A DNA stretch of 64,000 nucleotides. It comes from Patescibacteria group bacterium. GTDB lineage: Bacteria; Patescibacteriota; Patescibacteriia; Patescibacteriales; UBA12465. The stretch spans positions 292,213-356,212 of the forward strand of contig JAQUAK010000001.1 of assembly GCA_028687275.1 (NCBI GenBank), written 5' to 3'. Below the pieces are notes generated by a model. The model worked only from the letters and a program-made list of their open reading frames with translations. It was not told the origin of the DNA and made no database searches. This document shows positions 47,161-56,905 of the stretch, in pieces (positions within the stretch are counted from its first letter, which is position 1; each line of letters begins with the position of its first letter). A program made the translations under genes and the position numbers.

Positions 47161-48624
47161 ATGGCTGAAGAAGTAATATTAAGATTTAATGAGGTTACTT
47201 TTGAGTATCTCGTCAAAAAGCCGGTATTGAAAGATGCTAGTTTTAGTGTGCGCAAGGGTGCAAAAATTACCCTCATGGGACAAAATGGGGCTGGTAAAAG
47301 CACAATTTTTTCTTTAATTAAGGGTGAGATCAAACCGAAAAGTGGACAATTGTCTATGACCAATAATCCTAGCATTGGCTCGGCTCGCCAGACAATGTTA
47401 CGCGAACATTTAGTTTTAAGCGTTGAAGATTATTTCGCCGAGGCTTATAGTGAGCGCCCCGCCAATTTACGTAGTCATATTAGCAAGGTTTTAGAGGCGG
47501 TTAATTTAGAGGTGTCTTTTGACCATATTGTCGGTGAATTATCTGGCGGACAGCAGGCACGCCTATTATTAGCTTATGCGCTAATCCAGGATCCTGATAT
47601 TTTACTGCTGGATGAGCCTACTAATAATTTAGATAAAGAGGGGATCGATCACTTACTTAGCTTTTTAATCATGTATGATAAGACTGTGATAGTTATCTCT
47701 CATGACGCTGATTTTCTAAATTGCTTCACCGAGGGCGTTATTTACCTTGATGTCTTTACTCATCAAACTGAAATCTATGTGGGCGACTATTATTCGGTAG
47801 TTGAAGAAATTACTCGTCGGATTGATAGAGAAATTAAGAAGAATGCTCAGTTAGAGAAAAAGATTATTGATCGTAAGGAAAAGGTTAATTTCTTTGCTCA
47901 TAAAGGTGGTAAGATGAGAAAATTAGCACAGAAGATGAAAGAAGAGACTGAAGAATTGGTTGATAATATGGTTGATGTGCGTCGTGAAGATAAAACAATT
48001 AGAAGTTTTGAAATTCCTTGGCAGGATGATTTAAGTGGTGAAATTGTGCACTTAGATAAAGTGCGCGTGATTCAAAAACATGAGCCTGTATTTCATCAAA
48101 TTAATAAAGGCTTAACTCGCCGCACTCGTTTGTTAATAACTGGCCCTAATGGCATCGGCAAAAGCACTCTATTACGTGCTCTAGTGTCTGGCACTCAAGA
48201 GGGAATTAGTATTGAGCCTAAAGTTAAAGTTGGTTATTATAGCCAGGATTTTTCTAACATTGATTTTACTAAGACTGCTTATAAAGTTTTGGAAGCTGAC
48301 CTAAGAGATGGTTTGGGCGAGCAGGAATTACGTTCCATTGCTTCAGGCTTTTTGTTAACCGGTGAAGTTTTAGCCTTACCAGTAGCCGCTCTATCGGAGG
48401 GGCAAAAGGGCTTACTCGCTTTTGCTCGTTTAGCTTTAATGAAACCAGGTTTATTAATTTTAGATGAGCCCACTAACCATATAAACTTTCGTCATCTGCC
48501 AGTTATTGCTGAAGCCTTAAATAATTATGAAGGTGCTATTATTGTGGTTAGCCATATGCCGGAATTTGTTGGACAGGTGAAGATTGATGAAGAGCTTGAT
48601 TTAGGTAAATTAGCTAATAAATAA
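47161..48624 (+). CDS. ABC-F family ATPase (two ABC domains, no TMD)
   Basis: Two Walker A sites (GQNGAGKST, GPNGIGKST). Two signature motifs (LSGGQ, LSEGQ). Charged inter-domain linker. Confidence 0.87.
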   Translation: MAEEVILRFNEVTFEYLVKKPVLKDASFSVRKGAKITLMGQNGAGKSTIFSLIKGEIKPKSGQLSMTNNPSIGSARQTMLREHLVLSVEDYFAEAYSERPANLRSHISKVLEAVNLEVSFDHIVGELSGGQQARLLLAYALIQDPDILLLDEPTNNLDKEGIDHLLSFLIMYDKTVIVISHDADFLNCFTEGVIYLDVFTHQTEIYVGDYYSVVEEITRRIDREIKKNAQLEKKIIDRKEKVNFFAHKGGKMRKLAQKMKEETEELVDNMVDVRREDKTIRSFEIPWQDDLSGEIVHLDKVRVIQKHEPVFHQINKGLTRRTRLLITGPNGIGKSTLLRALVSGTQEGISIEPKVKVGYYSQDFSNIDFTKTAYKVLEADLRDGLGEQELRSIASGFLLTGEVLALPVAALSEGQKGLLAFARLALMKPGLLILDEPTNHINFRHLPVIAEALNNYEGAIIVVSHMPEFVGQVKIDEELDLGKLANK

Positions 48625-48636
48625 AATTATTTGCTT

Positions 48637-49170
48637 ATGAAAACAGTCGTTGTCGCCTCTTTAAATCCGGTAAAAATTGAAGCTGCCCGTCTTTCTTTTG
48701 AGAGAGTATTTCCGGAACAAGTCTTTAATTTTATTGGTGTGGCTGCTCAATCAGGTGTAGCTGACCAACCCTTATCGGATAAAGAGACAAGAATGGGAGT
48801 AAATAATCGTTTGCACTCAGCTCAGTTGTTAAGTCCAGAGGCTGATTATTATATTGCTTTTGAGGGCGGGGTTGAAGATAAGGAGGATGGTTTAGAGATT
48901 TTTGCCTGGATTTCTATAATAGATAGTAGTGGCAAAAGAGGTAAGGCCAGAAGTGCTAGCTTTATTTTGCCTAATAAAATCAGAGAATTAGTCATAGATC
49001 AGGGCTTAGAGATGGGTGATGCTAATGACATCCTTTTTAATCTTAAAAATTCTAAACAAAAAGCTGGCGGTATTGCTAGCTTGAGCAAAGGCTTAATTGC
49101 TCGTACCGACTATTACGTTCATACTGGCATTTTAGCACTTGTGCCTTTTATGCACTCAGACTTATATTAA
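48637..49170 (+). CDS. Non-canonical purine NTP phosphatase (YjjX-like)
   Basis: VVVASLNPVKIEAARLSFERVF N-terminus. ATG at 48637. Confidence 0.72.
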   Translation: MKTVVVASLNPVKIEAARLSFERVFPEQVFNFIGVAAQSGVADQPLSDKETRMGVNNRLHSAQLLSPEADYYIAFEGGVEDKEDGLEIFAWISIIDSSGKRGKARSASFILPNKIRELVIDQGLEMGDANDILFNLKNSKQKAGGIASLSKGLIARTDYYVHTGILALVPFMHSDLY

Positions 49171-49190
49171 TATAATTTATATTTTATCTT

Positions 49191-49220
49191 AGCCAGCTTC
49201 AGCTGGCTTTTATTTTTTTA
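49191..49220 (+). terminator. Rho-independent terminator
   Basis: AGCCAGCT-TC-AGCTGGCT followed by a T-rich run. Confidence 0.7.
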
Positions 49221-49262
49221 TTTTTTAAAAAATGATATGATAAGCGAGTAATTTCTAAATTT

Positions 49263-50357
49263 ATGATTATTTCCATTTTATCTTTTTTTATTCTAGTGAT
49301 ATTAGGACATTATTTTGCTTGGTATTTATCTCTGGCAGCTTGTCCGCGCCTAAAGATGAAAAAATACTGGTTGTTAGCTATATATATTAGCATTACTGTT
49401 ATTTTCTTAGGCAGTTTTGCTTATTTGCATCAAAGTATTAGCCCAATTTTTGCTTATATCTATGTTACTAGTGCCGTTCTATTTGGCTTATTGTCGCAAT
49501 TAATGCTTTTGGGAACCTTTTATTATTTATTAATAACTATAAGTAAGTCACTGTCTTCACTCAAAGTTTTTTTAGAAAAATATCAGTCTAGATTTGCCCA
49601 AGCTTTAATTGTTCTTGCCCTGTGTTTATTTGTTTTAGGAACCTATAATGCTTTTTTCCCTCATGTTAAAAATATTAATTTAGATAATTGGCCGGAAGAA
49701 TTAAAGGGCAAGAGTGTTGTGCATTTATCTGATTTACACTTAGGCGCAATTTATCGACCAGCTTATTTAAATCGTATTGTGAACCAGGTGAATGCTTTGA
49801 ATGCGGACCTAATTATTATTAGTGGCGATTTATTTGATGGTAGTGATGAATTTTTGCCAGAATTTATTGAACCTTTGTCTAATTTTTCCGCTCCTACTAT
49901 TTTTGTGCCTGGTAATCACGATACTTATGTAACTAATAATGAAGTTGAACGTACGGTATTGACGGCTGGTTTAATTAACTTAGTTGATAGCGCTCTTATA
50001 GTGGATGGTATTAAAGTTATTGGTTTTAATTATTCTGGCAGGGCAGATAGTGAACAAAGGCGGGTGATTGATAATTTAGAAGAAGGGACTGGCTTGGCTG
50101 AAATTGTGGTAAATCACGTGCCGGTTGATCAAGCTGAAGCTAAGGCCTTGGGAGCTGATTTGATGTTATCGGGGCACACTCATCGAGGGCAAATTTTTCC
50201 GTTTTCTATTGTGATTAATTTACTTTACGGACGCTTTGCTTATGGCTTGGAAGATTATGAGGGTATGAGCGTTTATACGAGCGCTGGTACTGGTACTTGG
50301 GGGCCGCCACTACGCACTCTTTTCCCAGGTGAGATAATAAAATTTAATTTACGTTAA
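49263..50357 (+). CDS. Membrane-bound metallophosphoesterase
   Basis: N-terminal TM helices. DLHLG, GDLFDG, GNHD and GHTHRG motifs. Confidence 0.82.
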   Translation: MIISILSFFILVILGHYFAWYLSLAACPRLKMKKYWLLAIYISITVIFLGSFAYLHQSISPIFAYIYVTSAVLFGLLSQLMLLGTFYYLLITISKSLSSLKVFLEKYQSRFAQALIVLALCLFVLGTYNAFFPHVKNINLDNWPEELKGKSVVHLSDLHLGAIYRPAYLNRIVNQVNALNADLIIISGDLFDGSDEFLPEFIEPLSNFSAPTIFVPGNHDTYVTNNEVERTVLTAGLINLVDSALIVDGIKVIGFNYSGRADSEQRRVIDNLEEGTGLAEIVVNHVPVDQAEAKALGADLMLSGHTHRGQIFPFSIVINLLYGRFAYGLEDYEGMSVYTSAGTGTWGPPLRTLFPGEIIKFNLR

Positions 50358-50399
50358 AAAAAGGCCGCTTATATAAATAAATAAGCGGCTTTGTGTTTT
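50356..50399. terminator. Bidirectional terminator
   Basis: GGCCGCTTAT/ATAAGCGGCT stem. Confidence 0.65.
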
Positions 50400-50401
50400 A
50401 G

Positions 50402-51442
50402 CTATTTAGCATCAGGAAAGCTGATGCCAATTGTTACTAAGTTGTTTTCATATTTGACGTATGGCTTACCACCATGAGCTTCTGCAGTTAGGCGAATTGT
50501 CTTGGTGCCTAAGCCGTTACCACGCTCTTTGGTGCTAAACTGACTTTTGAACATTTTGTTCAAATTTTCAGGCGAGATAGTGCCTGGATTGGTTACGGCA
50601 AATGATATCATCTCATTTGGCTCTCTGCCAAAAATGATGGTGATTTCTTTTTTTTGGCCATTAGCTTCTAAGGCTTCAATAGCGTTAAGAATCATGTTCT
50701 CAATTGCCGTCTCTAGTAATTCACGATCAGCTTTAATGACGTGGCCATGACCACCCATTAACTGTCGGGATAATTTTATACCCTTTTTTTCTGTGGTCGT
50801 GTGGAATTTTTCGATGCAGCTTTGGGTGAATTGAAGCATGTCAATTTGCTCGAGATTAGTTTTTGCTAAGCCTTGTTCGAGCTTAGCTATAATCAAGAGT
50901 TTGTTGATTTTTTTCACCATGGAATTACTACCATTAAATACCACTTCAATGTGGTTTTTAATATCAGTAATAATTTTTTGGTTTTCAGCTTCGCTTGCAC
51001 TGAAGTCGATGTCTTCTAGATTCTCAGCTATTAATTGGCTAAAGCCAAAAATGGAGTTAATTGGTGTCTTTAAGTCATGAACAGTCTGCGCGGTGGCATC
51101 AGCTAGTCTTTTCTCTAAAATTGTCTTGATTCCATTTTTGCCGTCTAATTGATGGGCGGTGATAAGATAGGATTCATTATTTGGTATTTTATGACTTACC
51201 ATCTCCATTAATTCGCCATTAATATAACGGTGATTAATATTTTTTGTGTCCGGTGGCCATAATATCTCGGCGTCATTGTTTTGACGCAGTAATTCTGGTC
51301 CACTCATGCCGATGAGATCTTTTTTTAGCACCTCAGTGGCGCTATTGTTCATCCAAGTAATTAGACCGTCTTTATCGAGAATAAGCGCTCCTTCGGGAGC
51401 CTCTTGATATAGGTCTTGTAGAAAGGCAATGTTTTCTTCCAT
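50402..51442 (-). CDS. Cytoplasmic PAS-domain sensor histidine kinase, orphan
   Basis: H box VHDLKTPINSIFGF. N and G boxes (NAIEA, GNGLG). No adjacent response regulator. Confidence 0.8.
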   Translation of the reverse strand: MEENIAFLQDLYQEAPEGALILDKDGLITWMNNSATEVLKKDLIGMSGPELLRQNNDAEILWPPDTKNINHRYINGELMEMVSHKIPNNESYLITAHQLDGKNGIKTILEKRLADATAQTVHDLKTPINSIFGFSQLIAENLEDIDFSASEAENQKIITDIKNHIEVVFNGSNSMVKKINKLLIIAKLEQGLAKTNLEQIDMLQFTQSCIEKFHTTTEKKGIKLSRQLMGGHGHVIKADRELLETAIENMILNAIEALEANGQKKEITIIFGREPNEMISFAVTNPGTISPENLNKMFKSQFSTKERGNGLGTKTIRLTAEAHGGKPYVKYENNLVTIGISFPDAK

Positions 51443-51555
51443 GATAATGTATATTTTGGTTTATTTTTGTTGTTAATTTACGAAATTATTCAATAATAGT
51501 ATCATATTTTATTTTATTTGTCAATCTAGACTTAGATTTAATTTAATAAGTTAGT

Positions 51556-51584
51556 TTGACAGCTTGTATTTGCTTTGTTACTAT
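51556..51584 (+). promoter_or_regulatory. Sigma-70-type promoter of the zur-znu operon
   Basis: TTGACA (51556-51561), 17 nt spacer, TACTAT (51579-51584). Confidence 0.6.
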
Positions 51585-51588
51585 ATAT

Positions 51589-51601
51589 GCGACTAAGTCG
51601 C
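51589..51601. promoter_or_regulatory. Perfect palindrome GCGACT-A-AGTCGC embedded in ATAT flanks; candidate Zur/Fur operator
   Basis: Lies immediately downstream of the -10 element and 6 nt before the zur ATG. Confidence 0.5.
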
Positions 51602-51606
51602 AATAT

Positions 51607-52047
51607 ATGAATAGCCGTGAATTAAAACAATTATTTAGCCTGCTAAGTAAACAGGGAATTCGCCTCTCGTTAAGTCGCCGGGCAGTTTTGACCGTCTTAG
51701 CTAAGGCCAGGAGACCTTTATCAGCAGCGGATATTTTAAAAGCAAAAATTATAATTCAGGAAAATGTAAATCGGGCGACTGTTTATCGCGCCCTCTCCTT
51801 TTTGGAAACTACGGGCATAGTTGAGCTTTTATATTTAGCTGGAGATGAGCGCCTCTATCATCTCAATTTAAATCACCATCACCATTTAATTTGTACTAGT
51901 TGTCAAAAGATTGAGGCAGTTCATATTTGTAATCAGCTGTCTGTTCAGGAGAATGAGATACAAGCTAGCACGGGCTTTAAAGTTCAAAGGCATATTTTAG
52001 AATTCTATGGTCTTTGTCGTGATTGTTTAGAGAAAAATAAAATTTAA
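51607..52047 (+). CDS. zur: Fur-family metalloregulator, probably Zur
   Basis: Winged-helix NRATVYRAL. HHHHLICTSCQ...CRDC zinc sites. Heads the znuABC genes. Confidence 0.78.
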   Translation: MNSRELKQLFSLLSKQGIRLSLSRRAVLTVLAKARRPLSAADILKAKIIIQENVNRATVYRALSFLETTGIVELLYLAGDERLYHLNLNHHHHLICTSCQKIEAVHICNQLSVQENEIQASTGFKVQRHILEFYGLCRDCLEKNKI

Positions 52048-52058
52048 AAAATATTATT

Positions 52059-53051
52059 ATGAAACAAAGAAATATCATTATTGTTGTTATGGCACTGTTA
52101 GTAGTTTCTTTAATTACTTGGGGCCTTGTTGGCGGCTATAGTAATAGGGGCGGTGATGAGGCTAATAACTTAGGTGATAATATCGGGGGGACGGACAAGA
52201 TTGTTGTAGTCACTAGTCTTTTTCCTTGGTATGATTTGGCTCGCCAAATTGGTGGTGATTATGTTGAGGTTAGCTTATTGCTACCACCAGGAGTAGAAGC
52301 TCATGCTTTTGAGCCAACGCCTAGCGATATGATAAATATTAGTCAGGCTGGCTTATTTATTTACACTGGTGATTATTTAGAACCATGGGCTAAAGATTTA
52401 ATTATTAGTTTAGGTAAAAATGCACCTGAAAGTATTGCCTTAGGCGATGGCTTAGCTCAAATTATTATGCAGGAAGACGCTGACCACGAAGACGCTGACC
52501 ACGAAGAGCATACAAATACAGGTTTAGACCCTCATATTTGGACAGACCCAGCAATTTATGCGCAGTTAGCTGGACCTTTAGCGACTGAATTGGTTAAAAT
52601 AGATCCTGATCATGCTGATTATTATAATGCTCGCTTAGATAATTATCGCCAGAGTTTAGTGACTTTAGATAGTGATTTTTACCAAGCCTTAAGTACTTGT
52701 CAGCAAACTGAGTTTATTTATGCTGGCCATTATGCTTTTGGCTATTTAGCTAAGCGCTATGATTTAAAGTATGAAGCTGCTCAGGGTTTTTCGCCAGATG
52801 CAGAGAGTAATCCTCAGCGCTTAAAGACTTTGACCGATTTGTTAAAAAAATATCAAGCTGATTATATTTTTGCAGAAGAATTAGATAGTCCCCAATTAGC
52901 TGAAGCTTTAGCTCAGGAGGTGGGAGTTGATATTCTTTTACTAAACTCAGCTCATAATGTTTCTAAAGAGGATATGCGCGCCGGCATAACCTATGAAGAG
53001 ATAATGCGTACTAATTTAGGGCAATTAAAACTTGGACTCAAATGTCAGTAA
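52059..53051 (+). CDS. znuA: Metal ABC transporter substrate-binding protein (ZnuA-like, cluster A-I)
   Basis: His/Asp/Glu-rich loop EDADHEDADHEEH, typical of zinc-specific ZnuA. Confidence 0.83.
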   Translation: MKQRNIIIVVMALLVVSLITWGLVGGYSNRGGDEANNLGDNIGGTDKIVVVTSLFPWYDLARQIGGDYVEVSLLLPPGVEAHAFEPTPSDMINISQAGLFIYTGDYLEPWAKDLIISLGKNAPESIALGDGLAQIIMQEDADHEDADHEEHTNTGLDPHIWTDPAIYAQLAGPLATELVKIDPDHADYYNARLDNYRQSLVTLDSDFYQALSTCQQTEFIYAGHYAFGYLAKRYDLKYEAAQGFSPDAESNPQRLKTLTDLLKKYQADYIFAEELDSPQLAEALAQEVGVDILLLNSAHNVSKEDMRAGITYEEIMRTNLGQLKLGLKCQ

Positions 53052-53785
53052 TTTTAAAAGTTGAACAAGTAAATATTGATTATAATCGTATACCCGCTTT
53101 AAAAGAGGTGTCTTTTCAGGTGGAGTCTGGTGATTATATTGGTTTGGCTGGACCAAATGGGGCGGGCAAGAGTACTTTAGTGAAGGCTATTTTAGGGCTT
53201 GAACCCTTAGGTGCTGGTAGTATTGAATTATTTGGTGAACAATTAGCTAGTTTTTCTCAGTGGGAGAAAATTGCCTATCTGCCCCAGAAACATCAGTATA
53301 ATCAACTCTTTCCGGCTAGTGTCTCCGAAGTAGTTTTAAGCGGTTTGGCCGGTCTGCCACGCAAAGCTAAGCAGGGAGCAGAGATAAGGATAAGAGAAAT
53401 ACTAACCGAGTTAGAAATTGCCAGTGAAGAGTATAAACTATTTAGTCGCTTATCTGGCGGACAACAACAGCGAGTATTATTAGCTCGAGCTTTAATTCGA
53501 CGTCCAGAATTATTAATTCTAGATGAGCCGACAACTGCGCTTGACCCACAGGTGCGTGAAAAGTTTTTTAGTATTTTAAGTAAAATAAATAAGGAAAAGA
53601 AAACGACTATTATTATGGTTACCCATGATACGGCTGATATTGGCCGCTATGCTGAGTCCTTACTTTACTTGGATAGAAGCTTAGTATTTTTTGGCTTATT
53701 TTCTGATTTTTGTGATTCGAAAAAAATGCAGGATTACTTTGGTGATTTTTCCCAGCATTTAATTTGTCATCAACACGATCATTAA
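53042..53785 (+). CDS. znuC: Metal ABC transporter ATP-binding protein
   Basis: GPNGAGKST, LSGGQQQR, LILDEPT. Confidence 0.87.
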   Translation: MSVILKVEQVNIDYNRIPALKEVSFQVESGDYIGLAGPNGAGKSTLVKAILGLEPLGAGSIELFGEQLASFSQWEKIAYLPQKHQYNQLFPASVSEVVLSGLAGLPRKAKQGAEIRIREILTELEIASEEYKLFSRLSGGQQQRVLLARALIRRPELLILDEPTTALDPQVREKFFSILSKINKEKKTTIIMVTHDTADIGRYAESLLYLDRSLVFFGLFSDFCDSKKMQDYFGDFSQHLICHQHDH

Positions 53786-53789
53786 TTTT

Positions 53790-54599
53790 ATGGAATTACT
53801 TAATTTTTTTCAATATGATTTTCTTTTACGGGCTTTAATTGCTGGCTCTTTACTAGCTGTTTTAGCTGGTGTGTTGGGAGTTTTTTTAGTCCTACGTAAG
53901 TTATCTTTAATTGGTGATGGCTTAGCGCATGTTAGCTTTGGTGCTGTGGCTCTGGGTTTATTACTAGGTATTTATCCTTTTTATATATCAGTGCCAATAA
54001 CAGCCCTGGCGGCTTTTTTAATTTTTCGTTTAGGTGAAAAGGCAAAATTTTATGGTGACGCTGCCATTGGCATCGTTTCCGCTGTTGGTATTGCTGGCGG
54101 TGTTATTATTGCTAGCCTTGCTCAGGGCTTCAACGTTGATCTTTTTAGCTATTTATTTGGTAGTCTGTTGGCAATTAGTTGGTCTGAATTATATTTTCTA
54201 TTAGCTTTAACTGTAGTGAGTCTTATTTTTATTATTTATTATTATCGCCCCCTATTTGCGCTTGCCTTTGATGAAACAGCGGCTAAAGCTTTAGGGGTCA
54301 AGGTTAAGTTCTTAAATACCATTTTATTACTGCTAACGGCTTTAACTGTGGCAGCAGCTGTTAAAGCGGTCGGGGTGATGTTAGTTTCAGCCCTGTTAAT
54401 TTTACCAGCGGCTACTGCCTTGCAGTTAGCCAAGAATTTTAAAGCTACTTTATTAATGGCGGCTGGTTTTGCAGTTCTATCAGTTATTTTTGGTTTAGCC
54501 GCTTCTTTAACATATAATCTGCCAGCAGGAGCTAGTATTGTGATGGCCTCTTTTTTCTTGTTTATTTTTAGTTATCTAATTTCTTATTTACGTAAATAA
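53790..54599 (+). CDS. znuB: Metal ABC transporter permease
   Basis: 8-9 TM helices, ABC-3 family pattern. Confidence 0.87.
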   Translation: MELLNFFQYDFLLRALIAGSLLAVLAGVLGVFLVLRKLSLIGDGLAHVSFGAVALGLLLGIYPFYISVPITALAAFLIFRLGEKAKFYGDAAIGIVSAVGIAGGVIIASLAQGFNVDLFSYLFGSLLAISWSELYFLLALTVVSLIFIIYYYRPLFALAFDETAAKALGVKVKFLNTILLLLTALTVAAAVKAVGVMLVSALLILPAATALQLAKNFKATLLMAAGFAVLSVIFGLAASLTYNLPAGASIVMASFFLFIFSYLISYLRK

Positions 54600-54637
54600 A
54601 AAAGCCCCTAATTTTGTGTATATTAGGAGCTTGCGAG

Positions 54638-54925
54638 TTAGGCTTTTACCGGGGGTTTGCAGATTTTAATTGCTTTCTCGATTTCAATTTCTTTACGTCG
54701 AAAGTTTGCCTGCTCGGAATTAGCCTTTATTTTTTCTTTTATGGCTTTCCATTTTTCTTCAAATTGAAGGGCTAGCTCTGGGTTAGCACATTCTTTAATT
54801 TTTTCCACCCCTTCGACAAGGTAGTCGAGGGCTTGATGACATTTTTGTTGGTTAGTGTCTTCGCCAATCAGATAATTGTCAATCAAATTAAATAATTGAT
54901 CAACGGCTTCAGTTCTTTTGCTCAT
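54638..54925 (-). CDS. Small helical hypothetical protein (paralog A)
   Basis: 95 aa. Similar in length and helix pattern to the neighbouring ORF. Confidence 0.5.
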   Translation of the reverse strand: MSKRTEAVDQLFNLIDNYLIGEDTNQQKCHQALDYLVEGVEKIKECANPELALQFEEKWKAIKEKIKANSEQANFRRKEIEIEKAIKICKPPVKA

Positions 54926-54962
54926 GCTTTCTTTTTTTAGAGTTAAAACTATTTTGTTTATT

Positions 54963-55244
54963 TTAATTTTGTGCTAGATCTGGGAACATGATCCTTTCAA
55001 TATTTAGTTCAATCAAATGTTTTTGATCGGCAAAATATTTTTCATCAGAAAGGTCTTTGATTTTATCGGCAATATCAATCCAGTAGCTTTGAAAATTACT
55101 AGCTAGGAGAGGGTCTTTAATTCTTTCTACTCTTTCAGATAGTGCTTCTAATACTAAATGAGCAGCTTCTTCACTCGGTTCATTTTCTATTCTGGCTTTT
55201 AGTACTTCGAATAGAAAACGTAATCTTTCGGATTTGTTGGCCAT
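54963..55244 (-). CDS. Small helical hypothetical protein (paralog B)
   Basis: 93 aa. Shared features such as ...EALxxxVExIKxP/C...W..I..KIK. Confidence 0.5.
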   Translation of the reverse strand: MANKSERLRFLFEVLKARIENEPSEEAAHLVLEALSERVERIKDPLLASNFQSYWIDIADKIKDLSDEKYFADQKHLIELNIERIMFPDLAQN

Positions 55245-55372
55245 AGTTTAAAGGTTTTTGAATGTTAATGAAACTAATTTATCTTCCTATTTAAATACAA
55301 ATATTATATATTGTCAAGAGGGGTCTAGGGGTATTGACCTAAACAAATTTTTGTACATCTAAATTAAAAATT

Positions 55373-55837
55373 ATGATTAAAATAACTCTCATCGCAGTTG
55401 GAACCTTGAAAAATAAGGCTTTACAAAGTTTGGCTGACGATTATATTAAACGCTTACGACCCTATGCTTCTTTTGAGCTGATTGAAACTAAGGCTAGTTC
55501 TTTTGCTAAGGGCGATAGGGATAAGGCTAAAAAGCTAGATAAAGATAGCTTAGAAAAGGTTTTGCACAGATTTCCGAAGGACTCTATTTACTTGTTAGCA
55601 GAGCAGGGACGTTTATATGATTCTATTGCTTGGGCCGATTTTATGGACTCACATGATGGCTCGGATCTTGTTTTAGTATTGGCGGGCGCTTTAGGTTGGG
55701 ATAAAGAGTTGTTAGTCAGATATCCTCGCCTGTCATTATCCAGCTTAACTTTTCCACACGAGTTGGCACGAGTAGTTTTATTAGAACAAGTTTATCGGGG
55801 CTTATTGATAAAAATGAATAAGGAATATCATTATTAA
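55373..55837 (+). CDS. rlmH: 23S rRNA (pseudouridine1915-N3)-methyltransferase
   Basis: SPOUT family. MIKITLIAVGTLKNKALQSLADDYIKRL and C-terminal LTFPHELARVVLLEQVYR. Confidence 0.87.
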   Translation: MIKITLIAVGTLKNKALQSLADDYIKRLRPYASFELIETKASSFAKGDRDKAKKLDKDSLEKVLHRFPKDSIYLLAEQGRLYDSIAWADFMDSHDGSDLVLVLAGALGWDKELLVRYPRLSLSSLTFPHELARVVLLEQVYRGLLIKMNKEYHY

Positions 55838-55861
55838 ATATTTTTTGTTATAATTTAGTAT

Positions 55862-56662
55862 ATGCCTCCTAAGAAAAAGACTGAATTATTTTTTAGTAAA
55901 GAGCAGCGCCAGCTAATTTGGACAATGTTAGTATTGTTAATAATTGCAGGTGCTCTTTTATTTATATTCTCTTGGCAGTTAACACGTTTAAAATATTTAC
56001 CAGACTTAGTGAAGGAGCAGACTCTGTCTTATTTATTCCAAGGAGAGCTTTTAGCCGAACAAAATTTAGCTACTCTGCCGGCTAGTGATAGCTTTGATGA
56101 ACTTTCTTTTTTAGCTTCTCCTAACGGACGTCGCTTCGCTTATATCTTAAATAATAATGAAAGTCAGCAATTAGTTTTAGATGAAAAGGCGGATCCAATT
56201 TTTTCCAGTATTACTTTTATGACCTTCTCCCCTGATAGTAACAACTTTGCCTATCTTGCTAAAAGGGATAATAGGGAGGTGGCGGTTATAAATGGTCAGG
56301 TGGGCAGGGAATATGATTGGATATTTAGTCCTCATTTATTTAGTCTTGATAGTCAATATTTTATTTATAAAGCCCGACGAGATGGAAAAGAGTTTATGGT
56401 AGTTAATGAAAATGAAAGCCGAGCTTATGATCGGATTTATGACATCATGCTGAGCCCTGTCCTAGGCGTGGATATTCGTCATTTTATTTATAAAGCACAA
56501 AGGGATGGAAAAGAGTTTATAGTAGTTAATGAAAATGAAAGTCGGGCCTATGACAGTATCTATGATTTAATGCTTAGTCCGGATAATAGCTCGCTTTTCT
56601 TTTTTGCTCGTGAGGGGGAACATTTATGGCGCGGAGAAATTCCTTTAACAGAAATTGATTAA
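55862..56662 (+). CDS. Membrane-anchored repeat protein (~41-aa beta-repeat units)
   Basis: N-terminal TM helix. Near-identical tandem units FIYKA(R/Q)RDGKEF(M/I)VVNENESRAYD. Confidence 0.6.
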   Translation: MPPKKKTELFFSKEQRQLIWTMLVLLIIAGALLFIFSWQLTRLKYLPDLVKEQTLSYLFQGELLAEQNLATLPASDSFDELSFLASPNGRRFAYILNNNESQQLVLDEKADPIFSSITFMTFSPDSNNFAYLAKRDNREVAVINGQVGREYDWIFSPHLFSLDSQYFIYKARRDGKEFMVVNENESRAYDRIYDIMLSPVLGVDIRHFIYKAQRDGKEFIVVNENESRAYDSIYDLMLSPDNSSLFFFAREGEHLWRGEIPLTEID

Positions 56663-56905
56663 GCTAATTTAAAAGCCTTTCAAAAGAAAGGCTTTATGTT
56701 TTTAAATTTGCACTTGGACAATGAGGTCTCGGAGGATCGTTAAGATCTTCACTAAGATTTCACTGGCAAGAGCAGCGGCTTCTTCAGGCATGGCCCAACG
56801 CAGTACGAGTATTAGTACTAGGAAGCCAATAATTGAACTTAATTCTTTCATATATTTGAAGATTAAGTTTATAAATTTGGGAATCCGAGTGACTAGCTCG
56901 TATCT

